From: Chara braunii
Taxonomy: Eukaryota > Plantae > Charophyceae
Reading direction: 5' to 3'
Assembly (NCBI GenBank): GCA_003427395.1
Contig: BFEA01000001.1
Span: forward strand, 2,155,480-2,219,479
Length of the DNA stretch: 64,000 nt
Shown here: positions 51,610 to 64,000 of the stretch, in pieces
Numbering within the stretch: position 1 is the first letter of the stretch
Layout: every line of letters starts with the position of its first letter
Position numbers and translations under genes: made by a program
Notes under the pieces: model-generated
What the model was told of the DNA's origin: nothing
Databases searched by the model: none
Seen by the model: the letters and a program-made list of their open reading frames with translations, nothing else

Positions 51610-54600
51610 AGGCAGCAACTCAATAGACTCTCCAGCTAAATCAGTGGTAATCAACTCAATGTAGAGGCCCAGCTGAATGGAAACTCAATATAGGGGCCCG
51701 CCTGAATGGGCCCGCCTGAACGGCAACTCAATTTAGGGGCCCGCCTGAACAGCAACCGGTAACTCAAAATAGCGGCCCGCCTGAATGGCCCTGGCTGAAC
51801 AGCAACTCAGCAACTCAATATAGGGGCCCGCCTGAATGGGCGCTGCTGAACAGCAACTCAGCAACTTAATGTAGCAATATTGTAAATGTATCTCCACAGC
51901 AAGTGGATCCAAAACATGAGGGCCGGAATTATCGATACCATCACGGGGGAGGACTGATCAACAAAGTGTCATCTATGCAGGGACCAATCACAAAATACTG
52001 AATGCACTGGTACTGGACTGCACAGATACCATCCATGCAGGGACTGAACCACAAGCATCACCTGTGCAGGAAAAATACCGTCTGTGCAGGGACTGGATCG
52101 CAAATATCGCCTGTGTAGGAAAAATACCGTCTGCACAGGGACTGGATCGCAATTATCACCTGTGTAGGAAAACTACCGTCTACACTGGGCAGTTACCGTC
52201 TGCTCAGGGACTGAATTGGTAGAAGCATCGCCTGCATAGAGACTGATTAGCAAGGAATTAAATCAACGGAAGTGGAGTGCTAACCATTCCAGCTGCGACA
52301 CTCAGACATCAACCCAATAAAGCCACATGACCTCAAACTAACCAGATTAGCAGGGCATGTGTTCCTAAATCATCATACCAGCAGGGCGCACGTTCTAGAG
52401 CCTTCATGCCGCCTGAGGCATGCTCTAGAGTCATCATATCAACAGGGCGCGCAACGACGCCGAGCTTGGGTGTGCACCAAACCATCAATGTCAGGCCCTG
52501 GGCGCGCATTTGATCTGTTATACAAAACACGGCGTGCACTGAAACATCGAGTTCAGGCCTGGGCACGCACTTAATCAGCCAGTTTGAGTGTGGGCGCGCA
52601 CCAAAACAGCAATGTTGGGCCTGGGCGCACAGTAAATCAACAAGTCCAGGCATGGGTGCACAATAAAATATCAATACCGAACATGGGCGCGCGGCAAAAC
52701 AGCAACACCAGGTCTGGGCACACACTAAATCAGCACCACCGAGGATGGGCGCGCACTAAATCAGAGACACCGGGCATGGGCGCACGGCAAAACAGCAACA
52801 CCAGGCCTGGGTGCACACTAAATCAGCGACACCGAGCATGGGCGCGCACTAAATCAGCGACACCAGGCATGGGTGCGCACCAAAACAGCAATGTCTCAAG
52901 TGGGAAAAACGTTGCCCAACATTACAAAATTCGAGTGGGAACACAGGCCATCATTACCGTTCTGAGTGTGAACATAGTCCGGCAACACAGTCCAGCATAC
53001 CGTTCTGAGTGTGAACATAGTCCGGCAATATAGTCCAGCATTTACCACAGTCCAGCATTACCGCAGCCCAACATTACCGCAGTTCAACATTACCGCAGTC
53101 CAGCATTACCGTTCTGAACATGGACACTGAACGCAGTCTAGGATTTACCATCCTGAGCGTGAACACTGAATACAGTCCACAATGCTGCATTACCATTCTT
53201 AGTGTGAACAAAGTCTGGCATTACCGCATTGAGTGGGAACACAGCCCTGGATCATAAAATCAGCAACTGGCGAGCATCGGCTTCAGCGCACAGATCTCGT
53301 TCTACGAACTAATGCACAGCACAGATCTCAACTAACGAGCAAGCGAACACTGCACTAGTGTGCAATCTCAACTGTGGTCAGGCGAGGTCTCAACTAACGA
53401 GCCAGCGAACACTGCACTAGTGCCCAATCTCAACTGCGGTCAGGGTCTCAATCAGCGGGCTAGCGAACACTGTGCTGGTGGGCAGAGTACCAATCAATCT
53501 GCGCTGGTGCGCAATCCCAGCCTGTGTCTAGAGTTCTAATCAGCGATCCGGCAAAACACTGTGCAGGTGCGCAGTCCCAGCCTGTGGCCAGAGTCCCAAT
53601 CGACGGGCCAGCAAACACTGCGCTGGTACGCAATCCCAGCCTGTGGCTAGAGTTCTAATCAGCGAGCCAGCAAACACTGCCCGGGTGCGCAATCCCAGCC
53701 TGTGGCTAGAGTTCCAATCAGCGAGCCAGCAAAACACTGCGCTGGTGCGCAATCCCAGTCTGTGGCCAGAGTCCCAATCAACGGGCCAGCACTGTGCTGG
53801 TGCGCAATCCCAGCCTGTGGCTAGAGTTCCAATCAGTGAGCCAGCAAAATACTTCGCAGGTGTGCAATCCCAGGCGGAAGGTGGAGCGCCAATCAACGCT
53901 AGTGCACGGCCCCAATCCACGAGCCAGCTAGTACACAGCCCCAATGGGTGGACTCCCAATGTATGAGCCAGCAGGTGATGGCGCTGGAGCGTAGCCCGGA
54001 TCTTCGAGCCATTGGATGCTAGTACACAGCCCCAATCAACAAGCCACTTAGTACTAACCCAAGTGCAGTCCTGACTCATGAGTCAATCACCATTCTGTCA
54101 GTAAGGGCGTGAATAAGGGTGGAAAATCTCCATCTTCGACATCGCTAGCGAAGGTGTGCAAATCCCCCTGTGAGCAACAACGTTCGAGAAAGGAGGTGGG
54201 TCCAGATCGGTTATGGCGCATGTAAAAGCGCACGGATCTTGATAAGCAATGGGGCGTGCAGGGACACGTGGATCTCGATGAGCAACGGCGCGCAGGGGTG
54301 CTTGGATCCCGGTGAGCAATGGCGCACACAGAGGTGTGCGGATCCCGATGAGCAACGGCACGCAGGGGCGCTTGGATCCCGATGAACAATGGCCCGATGA
54401 GCAATGGCGCACACAGAGGCGTGTGGATCCCGATGAGCAATGGCCCGCAGGGGCACTTGGATCCCGATGAGCAATGGCGCGCACAAGGGCGCGTGGATGT
54501 CGGTGAGCAATGGCGCGCACGGAGGCTCGCGGCGCAGGGGCGCTTGGATCCCGATGTGCAATGGTGCGCACAAAGGCGTGTGGATCCCGATGAGCAATGG

Positions 54601-55720
54601 GGCGTACGGAGGCGCGCGGATTATTGGTGAGGGAGCGCACTTACTACCGATACCAGCGCCATGCAGCTACAAGGCGCGCAGCAGATAGCATGCAAGGCTG
54701 ACAGCTAGTGTCCTAAGTGGGCTGCTACGACCCAGCCAGCAATCGCAGCGTGCAGCTACGAACCAGCCAGTACACAGGGCACACAGCTATCCCAAACGAG
54801 TTTGGCCTTTCGTTGAAACCGGGTGTTTGAGTCTCAGCGCGTGCTATAACAGCCAGGTTGTGCCTGGGCGCGTGCAGGAATTAAGGGGACGCGAGCAGGA
54901 ACTAAGCTGGTGTGCGCGAAAATAAGTAATGAGCCAGAATGACAAAAACAGGCGAAGCGATCTGGGGGAGGAAGAGAGGAAGGGGCGAGATGAGTGAGAG
55001 AAAGGAGAGGAGGCAGGGGAGAAATCACCGAGAGGAGCCGCAGTCCAAGTGAACACTAGGACCACTGCACGTTCCCCCAAAGCAGCCCCCACCCCCTTTC
55101 CTTACCTCCTCCTTGCTGGCCTAGATCTTGCTCCCTCTTTTGCTTGCTCTAGTGCCGTAGGTCTGGTCCCCTCCTTTCTTGCTGCTTCACCAGCGTTCGT
55201 GCATTCCGTCCTTCTCGAGTGCCACGGCCTCTCTTTTATAGTGGAGAGGCCGGGTGATCGGGCCCTAGTGCAGCAGTCCCATGGTCGGGGCCAGGGCTAA
55301 AAATAGACCAGGCCTGTTCTAAAATTAGCACCAGTCCCGACCTTGGAATATGAAAAGCCAGTCCCAAGCTAAAATTAGCACAAGCCTGCGCTAAAAATAG
55401 TGCAGGACCGGGACAGTCCCGACCTTGGGACACAAACGGCCAGTCCCGTGCTTAAAATAGCACAGGCTTGCGCAAAAAATAGCGCGGACCCGAGTTAAAA
55501 ATAGTGTGGGCCTGCGGTAAAAATAGTGTGGGCCTGCACTAAAATTAGCACTGGCGTGGGCTAAATATAAAGCAGGACTGGGACAGTCCCTCCTATTTTG
55601 AAACACAAACAGCCAGTCCCGTGCTAAAGATAGCACGGGCCTGCGCTAAAAATAGCGCGGGACTGGGACTGGCCCGACCTTGGAATACGAAGGGTCGGCC
55701 CTGTTCTAAAATTAAATCGG
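51610..55720. repeat. Cassette of at least 7 different adjacent minisatellite arrays
   Basis: Approximate blocks and units: 51610-51870 AACTCAAT.TAGGGGCCCGCCTGAA; 51960-52250 ACCGTCTG..CAGGGACTG; 52350-52900 GGGCGCGCAC.AAA.CAGC (~31 bp); 52950-53250 CATTACCGCAGTCCAG; 53320-53880 GTGCGCAATCCCAGCCTGTGGC.AGAGT (~58 bp); 54230-54620 GGATCCCGATGAGCAATGG (~35 bp); 55290-55720 CTAAAAT.AGC. Confidence 0.85.
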
Positions 55721-56074
55721 ACCCCTCTAAACTATAGTAAGGACCCAATTCTGTGTTCCCTTAACCTTTTCAGGCCGTACCCTTCCCGACAAGGCCAAAT
55801 AACCATGTCGTCGGTCCGGTCCCAAGTGGTCAATTACACTTTTCCTACTCACCCTTGATCCGTTTCCAATGCCGTTTGGACCTGGCCCTACTAACTTGGC
55901 CCCTGTGGACGCGGCGGTTCAGCGCAAAGATCGTGATTCGACTTCCATGAGGCCGCACCGTCGTGTCGTCTTGTCCGTTGACTCGGGCCAAGGGAACCAA
56001 CCAGCCCATCAGCTCTTTGCTGATGGTGACCACTAGCAACCCTTGGAACTGATGCCTCGGCCTCCGACACCGCG

Positions 56075-56973
56075 ACGGCACACGATGGATTTCACGAGCA
56101 GACTTAAGCATCCGCACCGCTCATCTATGCGAACTACGAGAAGCAACGACTAGCGAAGGAAGCTGCCCCTTCCATCTGGACTTCGGTCCCTCCCTCTGAT
56201 CGACAGCTTCGCCCTTGCCGGTAAGCTCGGTCTCTCAAGGAAGGGGGGGGGTGGCATGCACAGTCCCCACGCTGGTTGCTGCAGGGCCCAGCAGTAGCAC
56301 TAGGGGGTCTTAGGGGGTAGTCTAGGGCAGTTATCGTTTCAGTCCATGGTCTGGGTTAGGACCCATGCTGTTAAGGGTCCACTTTAGGGTCTGGTTACGC
56401 AGCAGTTACTAGGCAGCGCCAGGTTTTTAGGCGCCAGTCTGCAGTTGGCACATGTTTTCGTTTCGACGCCAGGCCTGGTTACACAGCAGTAACCGGGCAG
56501 TGCCAGGTTTGAGTTTACGCGCCAGTCTGCAGTTGGGACATATTTCGTTTCATTTTCGTTTTGGCTCCAGCCCTGGTTACGCAGCAGTTACCAGGCAGCG
56601 TTGGAGCCGGACTTCGGGCAGACCAGCATTATATATAGCTGGCCCTCTCCCAGTCCAGCAGGTAGTTCTGACTAGTTCTCAGAGGTAGTTCTGAGACAGT
56701 AGCGAGTAGTCTTCAGTAGTCGACGCGCTGCGCGCAGTTAGAGTAGTCTACAGCGCTGGGCGGGAGCTAGGAGTTGGAGCGCTGCCTCGGCCGAGCGAGC
56801 GAGAGAGAGAGAGAGAGAGAGAGAAGGGGGGGGGGGGGGGGGGGTGAGAGATGGGCAACGGCCAGGAGGAGTTACCTGTGACTTACGTGCCATAGCTCCA
56901 GCTTCGTCTTCGGGATGTCAGCGCCTGCATCAAGGCGGCACCTTTCTGCAGGTTAGTACCTGGTATAAATGCA

Positions 56974-57028
<55 letters not shown>

Positions 57029-57114
57029 GCTTGCTTCTTCTTCTTCTGTCTCTCTGTCTGATCTCCATTGCCCTTCCTCGTTCCCTCCAGGGCTTCTTCT
57101 TCTTCCTCTCCTTC

Positions 57115-57205
<91 letters not shown>

Positions 57206-57206
57206 N

Positions 57207-57277
<71 letters not shown>

Positions 57278-57578
57278 TCGGTGACATTCGGGCATTGCTC
57301 AGTTCAGTGACATTGAGACTTGACATGATATGAGCAGCGACCTTGGGGATACATTGGAGACTGGGTTCATCGGGCTATGGTGGCTGATCCTCCCTATCTC
57401 CCTCTTCCCCCCTTCGTCTCTTCTCCCTCTTTCTTTGAGTGACGATGTATGCTGTCAGGTCCTGTCATTGTCCATGCTGAGTCAGATCTTGGTATTACAG
57501 TCTCCCGCTGTGATATTGTTGTATTGTCTCTGAGAGGTCGGTTCTCGGTTCTGATCGATGCCGATTAGGCATGCGACA
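56075..57578 (+). mobile_element. Chromodomain remnant + PPT + 3' LTR (relative of 17275-18772)
   Basis: ACGATGGATTTCA..ATCTA.GC.AACTA.GAG is shared with 17527-17590. PPT AAGGAAGGGGGGGG, LTR GTGGCATGCA (~56251)...GCATGCGACA (57578), TATA at ~56630, long (GA)n. Confidence 0.8.
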
Positions 57579-57969
57579 CTAACACTCGGCGAGGGGTGGA
57601 AGGGACGAGCCCCCAGGCCGACTATCTCAGCTGGTGAACCCACAACGCCCATTCTACATGATTTTTATTTTTTTTTATTTTTTTAATGAGTTGGAATTTG
57701 ATGTGCTTGTGATTACTTATGAGAGGTAAAGGCTCAGCTGTTGATGGTCTTGTCACTTCCCGCCCTTGTAAATGAGCAAATCCAGGTGTATTATTTTGTT
57801 TTCCAAAGGCAAGTAGCCCATAACACCAGTGTATCCATTAGGACTTGAACTCGTAGCCTGTTTACCAACAATGAAAAGTAATGTAAATTGTGTACCTTAT
57901 CGCTTCCCTCTTTCAATATTCTGATGTCCATGTGTGTGTGGCAATTGTGTGTTCTCTGAGTGTCACCAG

Positions 57970-58081
57970 ATGGTTGGAGGAATTGAGTCATCAGCGCACG
58001 GAAGCTTGTGCAGCACATGTCTCCTCAGACAAACTTCGTCAGACGAATCATCTCCTAACAGCTCAGAATGAGAAACTCAAG
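57970..58081 (+). CDS. POK-like gene exon (R-WLEELSHQRTEACAAHVSSDKLRQTNHLLTAQNEKLK)
   Basis: CACCAG| acceptor; its first base completes codon AG+A from the previous exon. AAG|GTGCAT donor. Resembles the recalled POK WIEE...LL..ENE.LK segment. The gene continues beyond the window. Confidence 0.85.
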
Positions 58082-59783
58082 GTGCATCTTCTTCTACTAC
58101 CTTCTTCACCGGAGTACAACATATGGTCATTATTGCTGTATTTGGGGTATCTTTCAGTCTAAAATCCTCTATATAGTACATACAGCAATAATGACCAGTA
58201 CGTTGTATTCAGGTGAAGAAGGTAGTGTTATGGCTTTCTTTCTAGTGGTTTCCTTGTTCCCTTTTTTTCTTTTTTTTTTTTTTCTGAGTGGTCTCCTTGT
58301 CTCATATTCACACTTGTGATATTATGGACGGGTCTCCTTGAGACTCCTACGTTGTATGTTGTTCCTGCAATCAGACTCGTTCTCATTCACACTTTTCATG
58401 CATGTAAACAGTAGCACAGCAAACTGGCGACATGCGCCCACTCAAAACTCAGAGATATGGCATCCAGATACGAGTTCACTTCCAATAGGCTATGGCGACT
58501 CAGCGCCCAAACAACTCACTGTTCACATACCCCGGATCACCCTGGATATCCCACACGCGTCACTCTGAACACTCACACACACACACACACTTCACTCTAG
58601 ACTACATCTATGGCAGCTATAGCTGCCTCTACCCTATCGCTAAGCTACGCTCCTTCTCTCTCGCCCACTTCAGCTCCGGGCTCTCTGCAGACCTCCTTGC
58701 ACAAGTCGCTGTGGCAGCACTTCCGCATGGCTTACGCAGGAATGAATGAATGGCTGGGCGCTGCCTCTTGATTTATACTTTCGAAACTCGGTGGTCTGCC
58801 CCTTTCCATCGGCCCGCGGTGCTCACAGTCCCTCGTGGTACTTGCTGGACCGGACTGGGAGTGACTGGACCTTACCGCTGACTGACCGTGGGTGGACTCA
58901 CTGCTAACCTACCGTAGTCGTACTGCAATTGCACTGCAGTTTAGTCCACCACTTGACTCACCACTTGCCCACTTGCCCACTTGCTGACCTTCTAGGACTA
59001 CAGCTAGGCTTCTGGAACTCACTAAGACTCCTACTCTATAGATCTACAGATCAAACCCGTGCTTCCTTTGGGACCCTACGACAGACTACTAACTGTTACA
59101 AATACACAGGCCGCGGGTTCAACTCTCGGGGTCTACACAGGTACTGTACACAGGTAGGGCAAGGTCTAGGGATCGAACCTTGGGATCTGCATCTGCTATT
59201 GCTAAGAGGTGAAAACCGTTTCACTCCTGCTCATCACTTCCTGCCAACTTCACTTTACACTGCAACTTTCCGTTGGCATACTATTATTACCTTCTTCAGC
59301 CAAGTAGAAGGTGCAGTTTTTTTAGCTGTATTTGGGGCAACGTTTAGCCTAGATACGGCGATAATGACTGTATGTTCTGTTTGGGCGAGCTGTTCCATCA
59401 TCTTGCTTGCGTTTTTGTTGACAGAAGGCTCTGCTTTCCTGTTGGTACTATCTTCTCCTTGCATTGGCCAACAATAGTTTTTTTTAATTTTTCAGGAGGC
59501 CCTTCCCCTCTCATTTTTTTGCCTGGATATTTATCCTCGCGATCCACTTGCTCCTTCCATCTTAGCACTTGGGCTTCGTCATTCACAACGTTCCCCCACC
59601 TATCCGGCGGACAACCCTCACGGACATCGATTATAGGCACCAGTGCTGGGTAAGCGGACCCAGCCCTTGTTGAAGCACTTAGGAGACCCATTGCATGGGG
59701 CATGTCGGATGCTAGGTGTGATACGTGCAGGGCCCATGAGCGCGTCGGCATGCCCCCTATCCTTCCGTCTTGAGCCAAATAGA

Positions 59784-60071
59784 TCGCATGGTTATAATCG
59801 CTGTATCTAGACTGAAAGTTACACCATATTCAGCTATACTGACTGGTTCGGGTGAAAACAGTAGGGTTCGTACCCATACCATCCCTGCTTGACCTACCAC
59901 AGGCAGGCAGTGTCGGATAGACATGAAACTGTACAACTGGCACCCTCTGAGTTCTCATGGGCCCCTTAGGGGGGTTCATCCGTCTACTTCTTCCTCCGAA
60001 TAGAATGTACGGTCATTATAGCCCTATTTGCCTCGACTTTCAGTCTAGATACAGCGATAGTGATCGTGCGA
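59784..60071. mobile_element. MITE-like element with terminal inverted repeats
   Basis: Perfect 23-bp inverted repeat ATCGCTGTATCTAGACTGAAAGT (59797-59819) / ACTTTCAGTCTAGATACAGCGAT (60036-60058), extendable imperfectly by ~13 bp. Confidence 0.7.
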
Positions 60072-60570
60072 CATGTACGATCCATGTTCGCTACGGTTGG
60101 TTGACGTTGGCCCAGAATGGTCAGTGTTTGTCCATCCAGGTTTGGGTGCAGGTTTCTCTGTGTTCCAGGTCGTCATTACTGGTTCATCCATGTTCCACAT
60201 GAGGAGTGCATTAAAGCAAATGACAGGGACTATCTGAGTTGACGCGTGTCCGTCTAGGTTCATTCATCCAACTATGTTAAGGTTGGTGAAGGTTGAGTGC
60301 AGGTTTGTCCATGTTCCAGGTCTACATTACTGGCTTACCGAATTGCATACAGCATGAAAGTACATGCCAGTCACAATCTGAGTTCATCCAGGTCTCTTCA
60401 TGTGTGCCCATCTTTATGACTATTTTACCATGTTGTGTGTGTTAGAGAGAAGCTGTTATGTACCATGTGGAATTACTGCGGCCCATAGAATGGAAGCGTG
60501 CATGGTAATGATTCACAAGCCATATGTATTGGTATATATATGCGTCCACGAGTCCATATATGTATGCACG

Positions 60571-62960
60571 TGTTATGAACCTGGTTGCTTGTTGTCAGAT
60601 GACCAACACTCACTCACATAGACTTCCAGGTATGCCCATACATACACAGAAGGAAGGGGAGAGGATGGGAGTATCACACCGTACAGTGAGAGAGAAACAC
60701 AGCGGAAGACTTAGCCATGTGATATGACAGAGTACACTGAAAGTGCAATTCGCTACACAGAATCCTCGCAACCAGTCACAAAGGAAAGTCGAGTAGATCA
60801 CATCCAGGAAACAATGAAGCAAAGATAGTTCACACACAGTATTAACACTGTTTATTAACTCAAAGTCTCATATTGTCAGAACAACCTCAGAACTATGGTG
60901 CGCTGCTCAGAAATGAGCAGCGCGCTTCCCCAACCCTGAGTAACCGTTATTACAACCCTCAGAGTCCTTGAAACATCAAGCGCCACCCAAATACTGCCTC
61001 TAGTGGGAAGCGCCACCCTGAAACAGGCCTCTGAGGCCAAGCACTTCTAAGAGGATGAAGAAGAAAGTCCAGCGCCACAGTTTCTGATGATGATGAGGTG
61101 CCAGAAGGCCTCTCTGATGAAGATCTTTAACAGCGCCACCTCTCATGACAAAGATAATCTCTGAGGACCCAAGCTGCAGTTATGGCTGCAACGCCACTAC
61201 CCCGAAACGCTACTCCTGAGGAGGGTTCAGCAGGGCACCAACTTCTCCTGCTCCCAGCAGACCTCAGATAGCCCAGACCTCTGAACAGCCCCGCGTGCTG
61301 TCAGAGAACACGTCTCAGCTATGGCTGACACTTCGAAGGTCCGGCTATGTCCATCTCCTCCAATGCTGAAGCTGTACCACCACCAGTTCACTTGTTACTC
61401 AGCCACCATGTACGTGGTACCAACTGCCAAAAGCCCTGAACAGACGTCTACAATCTATTTATAGTCCTACTCTAGCCTAGACTCGACCTAGACCGGACTG
61501 ACTGGACCGACTGGTACCGTATCCGTTTCGGCCTCCAGGGCCTCTCCCTACCCGGCTATAGGGTATAGGACCAGTCTAACAGTGTAGGCCCGCAGGCCCT
61601 TCTGTCCCATTGTAGCCCTGGTCTGCTACTCGCAGTTAGGGTAGCTGTAGGAAATTCAAGTTAGTGCGGGCCTGAAATTTTCCCGAATTACAGATATGTC
61701 CCTCATGAATTTTCCCCACAAGCAGATATCTCGGTTAGCCCTCAGCCAAACAAATTTGCGAATATAACCTACCTATGTTATAGCCTCGAGTCGACGGGTC
61801 GCAGGGTGCAGAATCAGCAAGTCATTGCAGACCTACTCTCCGCCGGAGCGAGGGCCTCCGAGCTAGGAGTGCAGGCGTGCAGAGCGTCGAGGGTATTGTC
61901 CCCTCTTAGCTGCCTCATACTTTAGGACATCGGACTTTGCTGTCTTGAGGAGTTCCTTGCGTGTAAACCAGTGATCCTTAGTGTGAGGCTGGTACAGGAA
62001 CTTCACAAGATATTGCATGTTTGGACCTGTGCCCATCTCATCCTCAATCGATTCTACTTCATACCCCTTGCTAGGGATAGGTGGATCGAATTGAGGGGGT
62101 CTGTCAGGAAGTGCATCAGTTGGGGTAAAAGGCGACAACTTGGATGCATGGAAGACCGGATAGGTTTGTAGATGCAGAGGGACAGCAACAGGGTATGACG
62201 GTCCGAAAGGATCAGCCCGTACTATATCTAAAACCTGCCATGGACCCATGTATCACGGCAACAACTTAGGCGAAATATCCTCCTCACATGATAGCTCAGA
62301 ACTGAGCACCCAAACCCAGCCACCTGCGCGAATAATAGAAGGAAGGCGGTGCCAGTTAGCCTGCTGAATCATAGCCTTTTGGGCTTTCAGCAGGTTGACA
62401 CGGGCTCGTTCTATATCCACACGATATCGCCTGGTGAACTCTGCGGTTTCAGGTGTCAGTGTAGGGATAGCCTTGTCGATGATGTCATCGAGAGGTTGTC
62501 GAGGTTCACGGCCCCATTGTAACCTGTAGGGTGTGAAACCAGTGGAGGAGTGGACAAACTTGTTGTACACCAGTTGTGCACGACTCAAATGCAGATTACA
62601 GGACACAGCAGCTGAAATAGAATCTGGTTCATCACTTCAGCCTGTCCATTGGCTTCCGGATGACGACCAGATGTCATATCCAAGCGTGAATGAGGGTCTT
62701 CCTTACAATAGGATTGCCATTCATGGCTGCAAAATCGAGGATCTCGATCACTGACAATGGATGTGGGTGGTCCATGGTGTGTCACCCACCTGTCAGCAAA
62801 TGCCGCTTGAACGACAGGGAATCGGGCTTCTCCTGGCAAAGGGATGAATTCTGCATACTTGAAGAACCTGTCCACGCAAACCATAACCTGACACATACCA
62901 TGGGGAGTGGTCCTACCTAGATGAGTAAAATCAATAGAAACTGATCGTGCAGCTGCCTCA
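60571..62960 (-). mobile_element. Chromovirus 3' part: integrase core + chromodomain + PPT + 3' LTR
   Basis: Integrase VCVDRFFKY..SIVSDRDPRF..HPEANGQAE; tail GPWQV..YPVFHASKL; chromodomain YEVESIED..QYLVKF. Purine tract then TGCAATGAC at 61829 on the minus strand. TATA CTATAAATAG at ~61460. The distal LTR end at 60571 is tentative. Confidence 0.85.
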
Positions 62961-63727
62961 GGAAGTCACTCGCCAAGAGGCAAGCAGGCCGCTATATCTC
63001 CAGGAGGAGCCAGTTGCCCCTCCTCATTGTCGGTGTGCAAGTTTGGTGACACACTGGTTGGAGCGCTGGCTGGAGCAGCGCTAGCACTCAGCTGCGCTGC
63101 TGGGGAAGGAGCAAGGACACGGAGGAGGAAGAAGACCAGTAGTAGGAAGAGGAGCACCAAAGGTACTTACCTGGCTATGGTGGTTGCCATCTTCATCACC
63201 TTGGTGGGCGCTGCAGCAGGAAGGCCCAATTGGGGCAGAGCTACACCGAGAAGCTTTGAGGCGGAGTCAGACATGGCGGCCTTAGTTAGAGCAGCCATAG
63301 TTGCTTTGTGTTGTCCTTTGGACAGTTGGGCGATGCCTTGGTAGTCCGCCATAGCCTCGGCCTATGAGGAAGAGAAAGAGAGGGGAGGCCATGGCTATGG
63401 TGGACCTCAAGTGATACCTGCGGGAGAAGAGGGACGTGGACATTGATTCTGGATCAGCCATTCAACATTGTTATTATTATTCTTGTATGGAATAAGAGGG
63501 GAAGAGACATGGTGGAGCAGGAGTGGTTGGCGAAGAAGAAGAGCATTATCATTGGTTTATGCTGGTGTACATCATCTTCTTCTTCTTTCTTTCTTCTTCT
63601 TCTCTCTTTCTTCTTCTTCGTCGTCTCACCCTCTCTCTCCTCTCAAGTCCATTCATTTCTTGTTGCAATTGGACAGCATTGTACTTTCTGATGAATGTGT
63701 ACTTCGAAATTGGCCAGGATCATAACA
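62960..63727 (-). mobile_element. 5' half of a family A LTR fused to the integrase fragment
   Basis: Minus-strand start TGTTATGATCC at 63727; similar to 6081-6892; junction at a shared CTTCCT. Confidence 0.8.
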
Positions 63728-64000
63728 ATTATATAGATAGAGGGCAGAGGCTAGTAGAGAATAGAAAGTAGCTTAGAGTAGAGTACGGAGATAGTGTTGA
63801 GTAGAGGAGAGTAGAGGAGAGGAGAATAAAGGAGGGTAGAGGAGAGTAGAGAAGAGAGTAGTGTAGAGTAGAGTAGAGAGTACTGAAGTAGAGTACACAG
63901 TAGCTTAGAGTTCAGTCGAGAATTGAGGAGGGGCTATTCATGGAATTCAAATTAACGGATAAAGCCTCCAATAGCGTATGAAAATGGGGGATATGTAGGT

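Noticed and set aside
54230-54620. CRISPR-like array of GGATCCCGATGAGCAATGG with short variable spacers
   Set aside because: The spacers are only ~15-18 nt and related to each other, there are no cas genes and the context is a eukaryotic TE, so it is a minisatellite. The CCGATGAG resemblance to a hammerhead core lacks stem II and GAAA.
58226-59240. Possible solo LTR on the minus strand (TATA-like at ~58770, CA repeat)
   Set aside because: Termini are ambiguous. The one TSD candidate (GGTAG at 58221/59153) came from trying several ends and may be chance.
63688-63710. CTGATGA...GAAA second hammerhead candidate
   Set aside because: Stem II is poor, no stem I or III can form, and the homologous LTR copy at ~6100-6125 lacks the motif.

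Overview
This is eukaryotic, repeat-saturated genomic DNA with three N gaps flanked by (CT)n. The style (giant TE-filled introns, Ty3/Gypsy with no Copia seen, the type of gag/pol remnants) suggests a charophyte alga such as Chara; that is inference only. One host gene runs across most of the window on the + strand. Six exons with GT-AG boundaries and matching phases (8651-11308, 14064-14171, 20127-20396, 21906-22181, 34531-34589, 57970-58081) splice into about 1161 codons of coiled coil. The C-terminal part carries the MTHDVVRDLLG...DEELAQVRARLDEFILERER|WLEEL...LLTAQNEKLK signature that I recognise from the tail of land-plant Phragmoplast Orienting Kinesins (POK1/POK2, kinesin-12). Neither a motor domain nor a stop codon lies in the window. 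The introns (1.5-23 kb) hold degenerate chromoviral and other Gypsy elements, solo LTRs with target-site duplications (TSDs), an L1-like LINE nested in a Gypsy integrase, MITE/fold-back elements, tRNA-like units and many tandem arrays. A hammerhead-ribozyme core, possibly split by a ~140-nt insert in stem III, sits at the start of the window. All homology calls are from memory of the families, not from searches.
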